In this document: positions 18,600-27,764 of the stretch, one piece after another
Position numbering within the stretch: position 1 is the first letter of the stretch
Layout of the letters: each line of letters starts with the position of its first letter
Source of the DNA: Bdellovibrionota bacterium
GTDB taxonomy: Bacteria; Bdellovibrionota; UBA1018; UBA923
DNA: 49,660 nt
Direction: 5' to 3'
Assembly (NCBI GenBank): GCA_040754655.1
Contig: JBFMCE010000011.1
Location: forward strand, 1-49,660
The notes under the pieces: model-generated
What the model was told of the DNA's origin: nothing
Seen by the model: the letters and a program-made list of their open reading frames with translations, nothing else
Database searches by the model: none
Translations under genes and position numbers: made by a program

Positions 18600-19685
18600 G
18601 GTTTGATCGAAGCATGAGTCCCACGAAAAATTTTTTTCGCGCTCGATGCCGCGTTGAACGAGTTTTTCGCGTTCCTCCGAGATTGTGACGATCTTTTCGA
18701 GTTTATCCGCCAAATCGTCCAAACTCTCGGGGTTAAAATAGTAGCCCGCATCTCCGACCACTTCCGGGATTGAACTCGTGTTCGAGGCGAGAACCGGGCA
18801 GCCATAATGCATCGCCTCAAGCGGCGGGATTCCGAATCCTTCATAAAGAGACGGATAAACAAAGGCTGAAGCATTCTTATAAAGGTTCGCGAGCAATTGA
18901 TCGTCACCGGTTAAAACGCTAATGCGGTCTGAGATCGAAAACCGATTTGCGATTTGCGCTTCTTCAGCCGTCCACCGGCCGCCTCCGCAGCAGACCAATT
19001 TGAAATTCTTGTGCAGAGCCTTTCGTTCACCATAGGCGCGAAGCAATAATTTAAAGTTTTTGTAGGTCTCTCTGCTTCCCACATACAAGAGATAAGGCTC
19101 GGAGATGAGCGCGTGGCCAGCCGCTTTAACACGCAAGGAATTGGCAAGCAGGGTGACCACGATCTTTTCTTTAGGCGTGCCAAAGACCCGCATGAGGTCA
19201 TTCTTCGTCGATTGAGAGTTCGCGAGGATGATGTCGGCTTTGGCGACGGCAAACTTTTTCAGTTGGCTAGTCCTGTCAGATTTTGAAAAGTACCGAGGGT
19301 AGAGCTCATGGATCATGTCATGAACCGTAAGCACTCTTTTTCCTCTGAAGCCAGGGAGGGGATCGCCATAGTAGGTCTGGTGGTAGAGCCTCGGACGAGC
19401 CCTCTTTTCAAAGAGCTTGAAGGCCAGGTCGTTGACCCGGTAGATGAATTTTTGCTGCACCTTCGGGAGAAGAGGCACCCGAACGCCAAAGTAGTTGCCG
19501 CAATGGTTTCTAAAGTGTTCGAATTGATGCCTGTTGATGTGAAAGCCCAGGAAAAGCGAGAGGTCAATGTCTGGAGTTTTTGCAGCACGCTCTATCAGTT
19601 CTTCAAAGTAGCGTGAAATCCCGCCATAGACTTGGGCTTGAAAGATTTGATGGTCGTAAATGAGAGAGAGTTTATGGGTGGGCAC
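18564..19685 (-). CDS. GT4 glycosyltransferase
   Basis: YGGISRY, TVHDMIHE, YVGSR..YKN and YPSLYEGFGIPPLEAM. Confidence 0.93.
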   Translation of the reverse strand: MPTHKLSLIYDHQIFQAQVYGGISRYFEELIERAAKTPDIDLSLFLGFHINRHQFEHFRNHCGNYFGVRVPLLPKVQQKFIYRVNDLAFKLFEKRARPRLYHQTYYGDPLPGFRGKRVLTVHDMIHELYPRYFSKSDRTSQLKKFAVAKADIILANSQSTKNDLMRVFGTPKEKIVVTLLANSLRVKAAGHALISEPYLLYVGSRETYKNFKLLLRAYGERKALHKNFKLVCCGGGRWTAEEAQIANRFSISDRISVLTGDDQLLANLYKNASAFVYPSLYEGFGIPPLEAMHYGCPVLASNTSSIPEVVGDAGYYFNPESLDDLADKLEKIVTISEEREKLVQRGIEREKNFSWDSCFDQTLSLYRDLASTD

Positions 19686-19770
19686 CGGTGTTACGAATTA
19701 GCCGAGGAGGTACGAAAAATCAAATAAGTCTTTTCTTTCGGCCTCGGCGTTTGATAAGTTTCTTGGCGCG

Positions 19771-20844
19771 ATGAAAACGCAGAGCGGAAAACTCCCTTTT
19801 AAGAAGATCGTGAAATCCAAGCTCGCGAAGGTGCGGTTCAACCCGTTATGGAAAGTCTTTGTGCGTTTTTCGATTCCGTTCTTTGAGTTTGTTTGGCTGC
19901 AGCTCTATCATCGCAAGGACCGAAACCTCTACTTGAAGAGCAAGTTTTCCGGCCCAGGAAATCCAGAACTCAATAGGCGATCGATGGCCTTGGTCGCTGC
20001 AGATCCTGAGTTCGTTTCTTTTGCCCGCTGGCTGCGCGAAAGAATCCCGCAAAAATTGCTTGAAGAGTCTAAACAGAGGCTAGTCTCTAATCCCGCTGAA
20101 GACGCTTTCACCGAAGTGCTCAATGCCCACCTTGATGAAGACGCTAAGATTGAAATTTTGAGGTTTGCTCTCAGCGATAAAGTGCTCGGTACCGTTTTGC
20201 CATTCTTTCAAATGGTTCCACGCTTGAGCTACGCGGTTGTCATGCACAACGTGCATCGTCAAGACAGGCCTTATCCTCAAGGAAGCCAGCTTTGGCATCG
20301 TGACGGAGACGCTTACAAGCTCCTCAAACTTTTCCTTTGCCTTACCGATGTTGATGATCTTTCGGGGCCGTTTTCGGCTATCGGGACTGATGAAATCTCT
20401 TTTCATGCCGCCGTGCCTATCGTTGGTTATGACCCATCTAAATCAGTTTGGCAGAATGGAAGGCACTCTGAAGAGTATATGCGACGCTTTGTTCCTGACG
20501 CGAAAGTAGAAACTTTGAAAGGTCCATCGGGGAGTGCAGCTTGGGTAGATACGGCGGCCTGCTATCACAAGGGTGGTTTTTGCCGCGGAAAAGACAGGCT
20601 TTTGCTTGAACTATCATTCGTAGCCGATCAATCACACCCTGTCGCTGAAATCCTGCCTTCTTGGAAACTCGATAGAAATCCGGAAGCTCAGGCTCTCGCT
20701 TCTGACGAGGTTCGCAGGCGTTTGCTGAGCGGAAAAGAGAGCGCTTGGTACATACGCGATGGAAAACGCGCGTTAGACAATCCCGCGTTCCTGGTAGGGC
20801 GCAGGATTTTAACGTTCAACCTCGATTCGCCGGCTAGAGGATAG
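19771..20844 (+). CDS. PhyH-like 2OG-Fe(II) dioxygenase-family protein
   Basis: SQLWHRDGD (HxD), KLFLCLTDV...GPF, DTAACYHKGG and DRLLL. Confidence 0.7.
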   Translation: MKTQSGKLPFKKIVKSKLAKVRFNPLWKVFVRFSIPFFEFVWLQLYHRKDRNLYLKSKFSGPGNPELNRRSMALVAADPEFVSFARWLRERIPQKLLEESKQRLVSNPAEDAFTEVLNAHLDEDAKIEILRFALSDKVLGTVLPFFQMVPRLSYAVVMHNVHRQDRPYPQGSQLWHRDGDAYKLLKLFLCLTDVDDLSGPFSAIGTDEISFHAAVPIVGYDPSKSVWQNGRHSEEYMRRFVPDAKVETLKGPSGSAAWVDTAACYHKGGFCRGKDRLLLELSFVADQSHPVAEILPSWKLDRNPEAQALASDEVRRRLLSGKESAWYIRDGKRALDNPAFLVGRRILTFNLDSPARG

Positions 20845-21357
20845 GATCACTCGGCTAGCCTCTAAGAGCGAGGTCACTTCAAAATCAGGAAAAGCCTTTT
20901 TTTCCCCAGCGTATCCTCGGCCCACCATGATCGATCGGCATCCAGCCGCGTGGCCCGCTTCAACATCTCGCCAGCGGTCTCCGACCATGAAGGAATGCGG
21001 AAGGTCTATGTTCCAGGCTTTTGCAGCATCTAAAAGCATCCCTGGTTTGGGTTTGCGGCATTCGCACCGATCTTCATCGACGTGGTAGCAGACCTTGATG
21101 TCGTGCACCTTCAATTCTTCGCGCACTTTCTTGTGAATTTCTTCCACAACGGATCGGGTTTGTTTTCCGGTCGCGACGTCGGGCTGATTGGTGACGACAA
21201 TAAGTAGAAAACCAGCTCGGCGCAGGCTTTCAACTGCCTCAATGACGCCAGGCAAATACTCGAATGCGCTCAAAGAACCTGGCGGATAAGACTTGCCCTC
21301 TCGAATGAGGGTTTTGTTCAAGACTCCGTCACGATCGAGAAAAACCGCCTGTTTCAT
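20809..21357 (-). CDS. gmhB: HAD-IIIA sugar bisphosphate phosphatase (GmhB/LmbK-like)
   Basis: FLDRDGVLN, VTNQPD, CYH...CECRKPKPGM and MVGDRWRD. Confidence 0.88.
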   Translation of the reverse strand: MKQAVFLDRDGVLNKTLIREGKSYPPGSLSAFEYLPGVIEAVESLRRAGFLLIVVTNQPDVATGKQTRSVVEEIHKKVREELKVHDIKVCYHVDEDRCECRKPKPGMLLDAAKAWNIDLPHSFMVGDRWRDVEAGHAAGCRSIMVGRGYAGEKKAFPDFEVTSLLEASRVILSSSRRIEVER

Positions 21358-21983
21358 GTGAGCGGGCGCGCGGTAGGGCTTTTAGTATCAAGAGATTCCC
21401 ACTTGTTCGCTTTCTTGAGGATTCGAGGATCCGAGACCAGCATATGCCAGACCACTCCCTGCCAAGCTTCAGCATGGGGCGTAATGGTGTCGGAACTCAA
21501 GGTGGGGATGAGGATGCAGGCGTCGGCAACTTTTGCGGTATAACCGCCATCGCGCCCGACAATTCCAAGGATCTTCGCTTTTTGAGCTTTCGCGTATTCA
21601 AGCGCGTACACAAGATTTGCGCTCACGTTTTTTTCTTTGTTGCCACCACCGACGCTCAATACGAAAACAGCGTCATTGCTAGAAAGACGACTGGTCTCAA
21701 GCCATGCCGCGAACACGGTTTCCCAGCCCTCATCATTGGTTCGTGCGGTGAGCTCAGCCACGTTATCCACAGGTGAATAAGTCTCGATGCCGGCAAGTTT
21801 TCTGAAGTCGTTCACGGCGTGGGTGCAATTCGCGGCGCTTCCACCAACACCCAAGAAGAAAAGCCTGCCGCGGTTGCGCGAGACTTCTTGCAGAATATGG
21901 ATCGTTTTTTCAATTTCAGTGATGCTGATTTTTTTTGCGATTTGAGAGACTTCGTCTAGGTAACGTTCTGGATAAGTTGTCAT
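21354..21983 (-). CDS. SIS-domain phosphosugar isomerase (divergent GmhA/LmbN-like)
   Basis: GVGGSAANCTHAVND, TARTND and GRDGG. Overlaps the phosphatase gene (ATGA). Diverges from GmhA at the STSGNS and IQE motifs. Confidence 0.85.
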   Translation of the reverse strand: MTTYPERYLDEVSQIAKKISITEIEKTIHILQEVSRNRGRLFFLGVGGSAANCTHAVNDFRKLAGIETYSPVDNVAELTARTNDEGWETVFAAWLETSRLSSNDAVFVLSVGGGNKEKNVSANLVYALEYAKAQKAKILGIVGRDGGYTAKVADACILIPTLSSDTITPHAEAWQGVVWHMLVSDPRILKKANKWESLDTKSPTARPLT

Positions 21984-22012
21984 GATCCCTGATTTATAGG
22001 CCGAACCTTGGA

Positions 22013-23155
22013 TCAGGTCATCAAGATTTTTTCAACTTCACTGGCGATGGCCAGCGAGGCCGTTAGGCCGGGCGATTCTACCCCAATGAGATTTACCCAA
22101 CCCGCGTATCCACGTCGAGACTCTTCCTGGATGTAAAAATCGAGCATTTTTCCTTCTTTATCGACTCTTTTAGGTCTTACTCCGACGAAACTGGGTTGCA
22201 GGTCGCTTGGCTGAATCCCCGGAAGGTATTGCGTGGCGGCTTGGCAAAACTTCTCTTTCAGTGTGGGAAGGTCTTCGTCATGGAAAGCGTAATTGACTGC
22301 ATCGGCAAAACGCCAGTCCGTGTCTGGCCCTAAGCTTGCGATGCCCTCTAGATTCAAGGTGAGATGGATGCCAAGCCCACCGCCCTTGGTATCGGGTATC
22401 GGATAAATGAGGTTCGCGCACACATTCGTGTACTTTGGGCTCAAGGTAAAATAGTGGCCCCTTACGCACTTGATAGTGAATGGGGGATTTTGCCCGAAAA
22501 TCGGCTGTGCGAGCTTAAGAGCCCCATGTCCTGCCGAGTTAACGACAATGGGGGTTTCAACGCTGATCGTCTGGGAAGCGGGCTCTTGAATATTTAAAAG
22601 AAAATTCCCGTTCGCCGTTCTTTCCCAACCCGTCACCTTGCTACTGCGTGCGATGACGACCCCCTGTTCTTCAGCGAGCTGAGCAAGGCGTTGAGTGTAG
22701 GATTCGCTGCAAATGATTCCTGTTGTCGGCGAATAGACGGCTATTTCGGCGGCGATCCGGGGTTCGAAGCCTTTGAGTTTAGGTCGATCAAAAATCTCAA
22801 CTGGCACATGGTTTCGTTTGGCATTGGCGAGGATCTTCTCGAGCACGGAATGATCGGCCGAAGCAGTTCCTACGACCAGTTTTCCGCAACGTCGATGTGC
22901 GATTTCAAAGCGTTCGCAAAACTCATACAGCCTGTATTTGCCGTCGATGCAGAGGCGTTCTTTCAAGCTTCCAGGCTCATAGTAGATACCTGCATGAATC
23001 ACTTCACTATTGCGGGCCGTAGTCTCGGTTCCAAGACGATCGTGTTGTTCAAGCAAAAGAACTTGGCTTAGCCGTTCCTGAGAAAGCTTTTGGGCGCAAG
23101 CCAGTCCTACAGCGCCTCCTCCGATGATGACTGCGTCAAATTTCAGCGATTGCAT
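22013..23155 (-). CDS. FAD-dependent oxidoreductase, L-2-hydroxyglutarate oxidase (LhgO)-like
   Basis: IIGGGAVG, TTARNSEVIHAGIYY, GLGIHLT and ESPGLTASLAIA. Confidence 0.88.
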   Translation of the reverse strand: MQSLKFDAVIIGGGAVGLACAQKLSQERLSQVLLLEQHDRLGTETTARNSEVIHAGIYYEPGSLKERLCIDGKYRLYEFCERFEIAHRRCGKLVVGTASADHSVLEKILANAKRNHVPVEIFDRPKLKGFEPRIAAEIAVYSPTTGIICSESYTQRLAQLAEEQGVVIARSSKVTGWERTANGNFLLNIQEPASQTISVETPIVVNSAGHGALKLAQPIFGQNPPFTIKCVRGHYFTLSPKYTNVCANLIYPIPDTKGGGLGIHLTLNLEGIASLGPDTDWRFADAVNYAFHDEDLPTLKEKFCQAATQYLPGIQPSDLQPSFVGVRPKRVDKEGKMLDFYIQEESRRGYAGWVNLIGVESPGLTASLAIASEVEKILMT

Positions 23156-23262
23156 TTAATGGCCCACATCTCATAATTGGTACCTTTTGTCAGGAATTTT
23201 GCCAGAGACTAATGATAATGACTTATGCTAAAAATTTGAAAACAATTTTGGAGGAACGCATC

Positions 23263-24264
23263 TTGAAGAAAGTGCTTGTCACAGGTGGAGCCGGTTATGT
23301 CGGGTGTAATCTTGTTCCGAAACTGCTGGATGCAGGTCATGCGGTTACTGTTTACGATCTGATGTTTTTCGGTGACGAGGGATTGCCTAAGAACCACCCC
23401 AACCTGAAGGTCATCAAAGGCGATATCCGCGATATTGGCAGGTACTCCGATGCCGTGCACGGAATGGATGCCATCATTCATTTGGCCTGCATCTCAAATG
23501 ATCCCAGTTTTGAACTCGATTCCGGTATCAGCAAGTCGATCAATTACGACTGTTTCGAGCCTTTCGTGGTTGCCACCAAGAAGGCGGGCGTGAAGCGTTT
23601 TATTTACGCATCGACGAGCTCTGTCTATGGCGTCAGTGAAGCGCCTGAGGTGACCGAGGATCATCCCCTGGTCCCGCTCACCGATTATAATAAATACAAA
23701 GGATTGACTGAGCCCCTCTTGCTCAAGCACCAGTCTGATGATTTCACGACCGTGATCATACGCCCGGCGACGGTCTGTGGTTATTCACCCCGCACTCGGC
23801 TTGATCTTTCAGTCAACATCTTGACGAATCTGGCGGTGAACAAACGCAAGATTACGGTATTCGGCGGCAGCCAAAAACGCCCGAACATCCATGTCGATGA
23901 CATCAGTGATCTGTATGTTCAGCTTTTAGACATGCCGAAGGAAAAAATCGCAGGCGAAACGTTCAATGCGGGTTATCAGAACCATACGATCGCAGAGCTC
24001 GCGCAGATGGTGCGCAAGGTCGTTGAAGAAGAGTTTCCGGAGAAGGCGCCCATTGAAATTGATACCAGCCCCAGCAATGATCTGCGTTCTTATCATGTGA
24101 ACTCAGACAAGATTACGAAGAAGCTGGGCTTTCGCCCGCGCCGCAATGTCGAAGACGCGGTTCGCGGTCTTTGCAAGGCGTTCAAAGAAGGCAAACTGCC
24201 GAACAGCTTGGAAGACTCGAAGTATTTCAATATTCGCAGGATGAAAGAGGTTTCCATACAGTGA
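23263..24264 (+). CDS. NDP-sugar epimerase/dehydratase (extended SDR)
   Basis: TGGAGYVG, STSSVYG and YNKYK. TTG start follows a GGAGGA ribosome-binding site. Confidence 0.92.
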   Translation: MKKVLVTGGAGYVGCNLVPKLLDAGHAVTVYDLMFFGDEGLPKNHPNLKVIKGDIRDIGRYSDAVHGMDAIIHLACISNDPSFELDSGISKSINYDCFEPFVVATKKAGVKRFIYASTSSVYGVSEAPEVTEDHPLVPLTDYNKYKGLTEPLLLKHQSDDFTTVIIRPATVCGYSPRTRLDLSVNILTNLAVNKRKITVFGGSQKRPNIHVDDISDLYVQLLDMPKEKIAGETFNAGYQNHTIAELAQMVRKVVEEEFPEKAPIEIDTSPSNDLRSYHVNSDKITKKLGFRPRRNVEDAVRGLCKAFKEGKLPNSLEDSKYFNIRRMKEVSIQ

Positions 24265-25265
24265 AACAAAAACCCGTTGCTTTGGTCACCGGCGGAGCCG
24301 GGTTTATCGGAAGCCATATGGTCGATCTTTTGCTCGACCAAGGCTTTTCGGTTCGTGCGATTGACAATTTGACTTCGGGCCGAAAATCGAATTTAGGCCA
24401 TCACAAGTCGAATCCAGACCTCGTACTTGATACTCGTGACTTAAGGGAGTTGAAACCATCGGATAGCTTTTTCAAAGATGCCCACTACGTCTTTCATTTT
24501 GCCGGAATGGGCGACATCGTTCCTTCCATTGAAAAGCCGACTGAGTACATGTCGGTGAACGTGCAAGGTACGGTACATGCTCTTGAAGGGGCTCGGCACG
24601 CTCAGGCGAAGAAGTTTGTTTATGCCGCTTCTTCCTCTTGTTACGGGCTTGCAAAGGAATTGCCTACGACCGAGGGCGCTGAGATCCTCACCGAATATCC
24701 TTACGCGCTAAGCAAGTATTTGGGTGAGCAGACCGCGTTTCATTGGGGAAAAGTTTACGGTTTGCCCGTGAATTCTATCCGCATGTTCAATGTCTATGGA
24801 CCAAGGGTGCGAACCACTGGCGCTTATGGCGCTGTTTTTGGGGTATTCTTAAAGCAAAAGCTCGCCGGCAAACCTTACACGGTCGTTGGAGACGGAACAC
24901 AGACTCGTGATTTTGTTTATGTGACTGACGTTGCGCGTGCCTTTCTGCTCTCGGCCCAGTCGGCTTTTGAAGGCGAGGTTTACAACCTTGGTGCTGGCAG
25001 GCCGCAAGCGGTTAACAGGTTGGTAGAGTTGCTCAAAGGCGATGTTGTTCACGTGCCTAAAAGGCCAGGTGAACCTGATTGCACCTGGGCCGATGTAACC
25101 AAAATCACAAAACATCTGGGATGGAAGCCTGTTGTGCCTTTTGAAGAGGGCGTGGCTCGAATGCTCGAGCACATTGAAGATTGGCAAGATGCTCCGCTGT
25201 GGGACAAGGAATCGATTCAGGCAGCAACGGCAGGTTGGTTTGCGGCATTGTCTTCGAGGGAATGA
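24261..25265 (+). CDS. NDP-sugar epimerase/dehydratase (extended SDR)
   Basis: TGGAGFIGSH, ASSSCYG, YALSK, FNVYGPR and GDGTQTRDF. GTGA overlap with the upstream stop. Confidence 0.93.
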   Translation: MKQKPVALVTGGAGFIGSHMVDLLLDQGFSVRAIDNLTSGRKSNLGHHKSNPDLVLDTRDLRELKPSDSFFKDAHYVFHFAGMGDIVPSIEKPTEYMSVNVQGTVHALEGARHAQAKKFVYAASSSCYGLAKELPTTEGAEILTEYPYALSKYLGEQTAFHWGKVYGLPVNSIRMFNVYGPRVRTTGAYGAVFGVFLKQKLAGKPYTVVGDGTQTRDFVYVTDVARAFLLSAQSAFEGEVYNLGAGRPQAVNRLVELLKGDVVHVPKRPGEPDCTWADVTKITKHLGWKPVVPFEEGVARMLEHIEDWQDAPLWDKESIQAATAGWFAALSSRE

Positions 25266-25284
25266 GATTTCAAGGGAATAGGAT

Positions 25285-26844
25285 ATGGATCAGACTACGA
25301 AGAATTCAGATTATCGACGGAAAATTAAGACGAAAGAAGAGCTTCTCGAAGTGATTGGCCCGAGGCCGCGCAAACGTTCCGTGATCATGTGCCATGGCTC
25401 TTTTGATATCGTGCACCCGGGTCATGTGCGTCACTTGATGTACGCGCGCGAAAAGGCGGATGTGCTTGTGGCGAGCTTGACGAGCGACTCGCATATCAGC
25501 AAGGCCAACTTTCGGCCCTACGTGCCAGAGCAATTGAGGGCGATGAATTTGGCCGCTCTGGAAGTCGTGGATTATGTGATCATTGATCCCAATCCCACGC
25601 CCTTAGAGAATATCAGGTTTTTACAGCCTGATTATTTTGCCAAGGGTTATGAATACAACGCCGATGGTTTGCATCCCAAGACCGCAGAGGAATTGCAAGT
25701 CCTGGAAGCCTATGGCGGTGAGGTCATCTTCACTCCAGGCGACGTTGTTTTCTCATCTTCCTCATTCATCGAACAGGCGCCTCCGAAGCTTGCATCAGAA
25801 AAGCTAGGTCTTCTGATGAAAGAAGAAGGCGTAACTTTTGATGATTTGCGAAACGCGCTTGAGAAGTTCAAAGACCTCAAAGTTCATGTGCTTGGTGATA
25901 CGATCATCGATTCGTACACTTATGGCACGGTGATCGGCGGCATGACCAAGACCCCGACCTTTAGCGTGAAGTACGAGCGGCAGGTGGATTTCGTGGGTGG
26001 TGCCGCGATCGTTTCAAAACACTTGAGAAGAGCTGGCGCTCAGGTCAAGTTCACGACTGTGCTTGGCAATGATGCTTTGAAGAACTTTGTTTTGGAGGAC
26101 CTCAAGAAAGAAGGCATTGAATGCGATGCGATCATCGATAAAACAAGACCCACCACCCAGAAGAACGCGATCATCGCCGGCGGGTATCGATTGCTCAAGC
26201 TCGATAAACTCGACAACAGGCCGATTTCCACGAAGATCCTTGAGAAGTTCAAGACCTCTCTCTCGTCGAGTCAAACCGACGCATTTGTATTTAGCGACTT
26301 TAGACATGGTATTTTTAGTCGCGCTACGATTCCAGATCTGACTGCCGCTCTGCCTTCAGGGCCTCTGCGCGTAGCTGATAGCCAGGTTGCAAGCCGTTGG
26401 GGAAATATCTTGGATTTTCAGAATTTTGATCTCATCACCCCGAACGAAAGAGAAGCCAGGTTTGCGTTGGGCGATCAAGATTCTGTGGTGAGGCCGCTGG
26501 CGCTTGATCTTTACCGCCAGGCCAATTGCAAGTGCTTGATCTTGAAACTGGGCGAGCGGGGTATGATCACATACCGCCAGCGAGGACACCGTGAAGATGA
26601 TCCTAGGGCTTTCTTCACCGTCGACACTTTCGCGGAACGCATCGTCGATGCCGTGGGTGCGGGAGACGCTCTTTTAGCCTACTCGACGTTGGCGATGATC
26701 GCGACGAAGTCAGAAGTGATCGCCTCTATATTAGGAGCTATGGCTGCGGCAGTTGCGTGCGAGCGCGACGGCAACGTTCCGATCACCACGGAAGAGATTC
26801 ACAAGATCCTCGATGTTAACGAGAAGCGCGTTCACTATTCATGA
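25285..26844 (+). CDS. Bifunctional nucleotidyltransferase / PfkB sugar kinase (HldE-like, reversed domain order)
   Basis: N-terminal GSFDIVHPGH (HxGH) domain. C-terminal PfkB domain with GGAAIV, FSDF, TPNEREA and DAVGAGD. Confidence 0.9.
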   Translation: MDQTTKNSDYRRKIKTKEELLEVIGPRPRKRSVIMCHGSFDIVHPGHVRHLMYAREKADVLVASLTSDSHISKANFRPYVPEQLRAMNLAALEVVDYVIIDPNPTPLENIRFLQPDYFAKGYEYNADGLHPKTAEELQVLEAYGGEVIFTPGDVVFSSSSFIEQAPPKLASEKLGLLMKEEGVTFDDLRNALEKFKDLKVHVLGDTIIDSYTYGTVIGGMTKTPTFSVKYERQVDFVGGAAIVSKHLRRAGAQVKFTTVLGNDALKNFVLEDLKKEGIECDAIIDKTRPTTQKNAIIAGGYRLLKLDKLDNRPISTKILEKFKTSLSSSQTDAFVFSDFRHGIFSRATIPDLTAALPSGPLRVADSQVASRWGNILDFQNFDLITPNEREARFALGDQDSVVRPLALDLYRQANCKCLILKLGERGMITYRQRGHREDDPRAFFTVDTFAERIVDAVGAGDALLAYSTLAMIATKSEVIASILGAMAAAVACERDGNVPITTEEIHKILDVNEKRVHYS

Positions 26845-27764
26845 AAGCGATAGTTGTCGGTCTGGGAATTCAAGGCAATAAAAGAGCCGCCATCGCAGGC
26901 GGCGAGCTGGTTGCCGCCGTAGATCCGGTGAATCCCAAGGCCCGCTTTAAGAGCATCAAAGACGTTCCTCTCGACCAGTTTGATTGCGCTTTGGTTTGCA
27001 CGCCGGATCAAGCGAAATTCGAGCTCTTGAGCTATTTGCTTGAAAACGGCAAACACGTCTTGGTCGAAAAACCTCTTCTGACCCACGACAACGCGCAAAT
27101 TCTTGCGTTGGAAGAGCTCGCTAGAAAAAATCGAGCGGTTTGTTACACCGCTTACAACCACCGTTTTGAACCTCACATCATGCGAGTCAAGCAGGCCATC
27201 GACTCGGGTGCATTGGGCAAGGTTTATTTTGCGAAGGTGTTTTACGGCAACGGCACCGCTCGTGATGTGAAGCTTTCAGCTTGGAGGGATCAAGGCGCCG
27301 GTGTGCTTCCTGATCTCGGTTCGCACTTGCTCGACATGGTTTTGTACTTGTTTGGCAAGCCTAGTTCGAAGTTTGAACCCTTCAGTTTCAATCGATTCGA
27401 GAACCTCTCCTACGATCACGTTCTTTTCGGGTGTGCTGCGACGCCCGAAGCTTTTCCAATGGTCGAGCTTGAGGCGACGCTTCTTTCCTGGAGAAACACG
27501 TTTCGTCTGGATGTGTTCGCCGAGAAGGGCTCAGCCCATATCGAATGCCTTTGCAAGTGGGGACCCAGCACGTTTACGTTGCGGAAAAGGGTGCTTCCCA
27601 GCGGAAAACCAGACCAAGAACATGTCACGCTTGAGTGCGCTGATCCAACATGGGCCTTGGAGTATGAGTATTTCAAGAAACTCTGCGAGAGCGGAGGAAC
27701 CAATCTTGAGAACGATCTTTGGATCAATACCGTGCTAAACGAGTTGAGCGGAGGTTTGCAGTGA
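26841..27764 (+). CDS. Gfo/Idh/MocA oxidoreductase (LmbZ-like by context)
   Basis: VVGLGIQG, HVLVEKP, YNHRF and DLGSHLLD. Confidence 0.9.
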   Translation: MKAIVVGLGIQGNKRAAIAGGELVAAVDPVNPKARFKSIKDVPLDQFDCALVCTPDQAKFELLSYLLENGKHVLVEKPLLTHDNAQILALEELARKNRAVCYTAYNHRFEPHIMRVKQAIDSGALGKVYFAKVFYGNGTARDVKLSAWRDQGAGVLPDLGSHLLDMVLYLFGKPSSKFEPFSFNRFENLSYDHVLFGCAATPEAFPMVELEATLLSWRNTFRLDVFAEKGSAHIECLCKWGPSTFTLRKRVLPSGKPDQEHVTLECADPTWALEYEYFKKLCESGGTNLENDLWINTVLNELSGGLQ

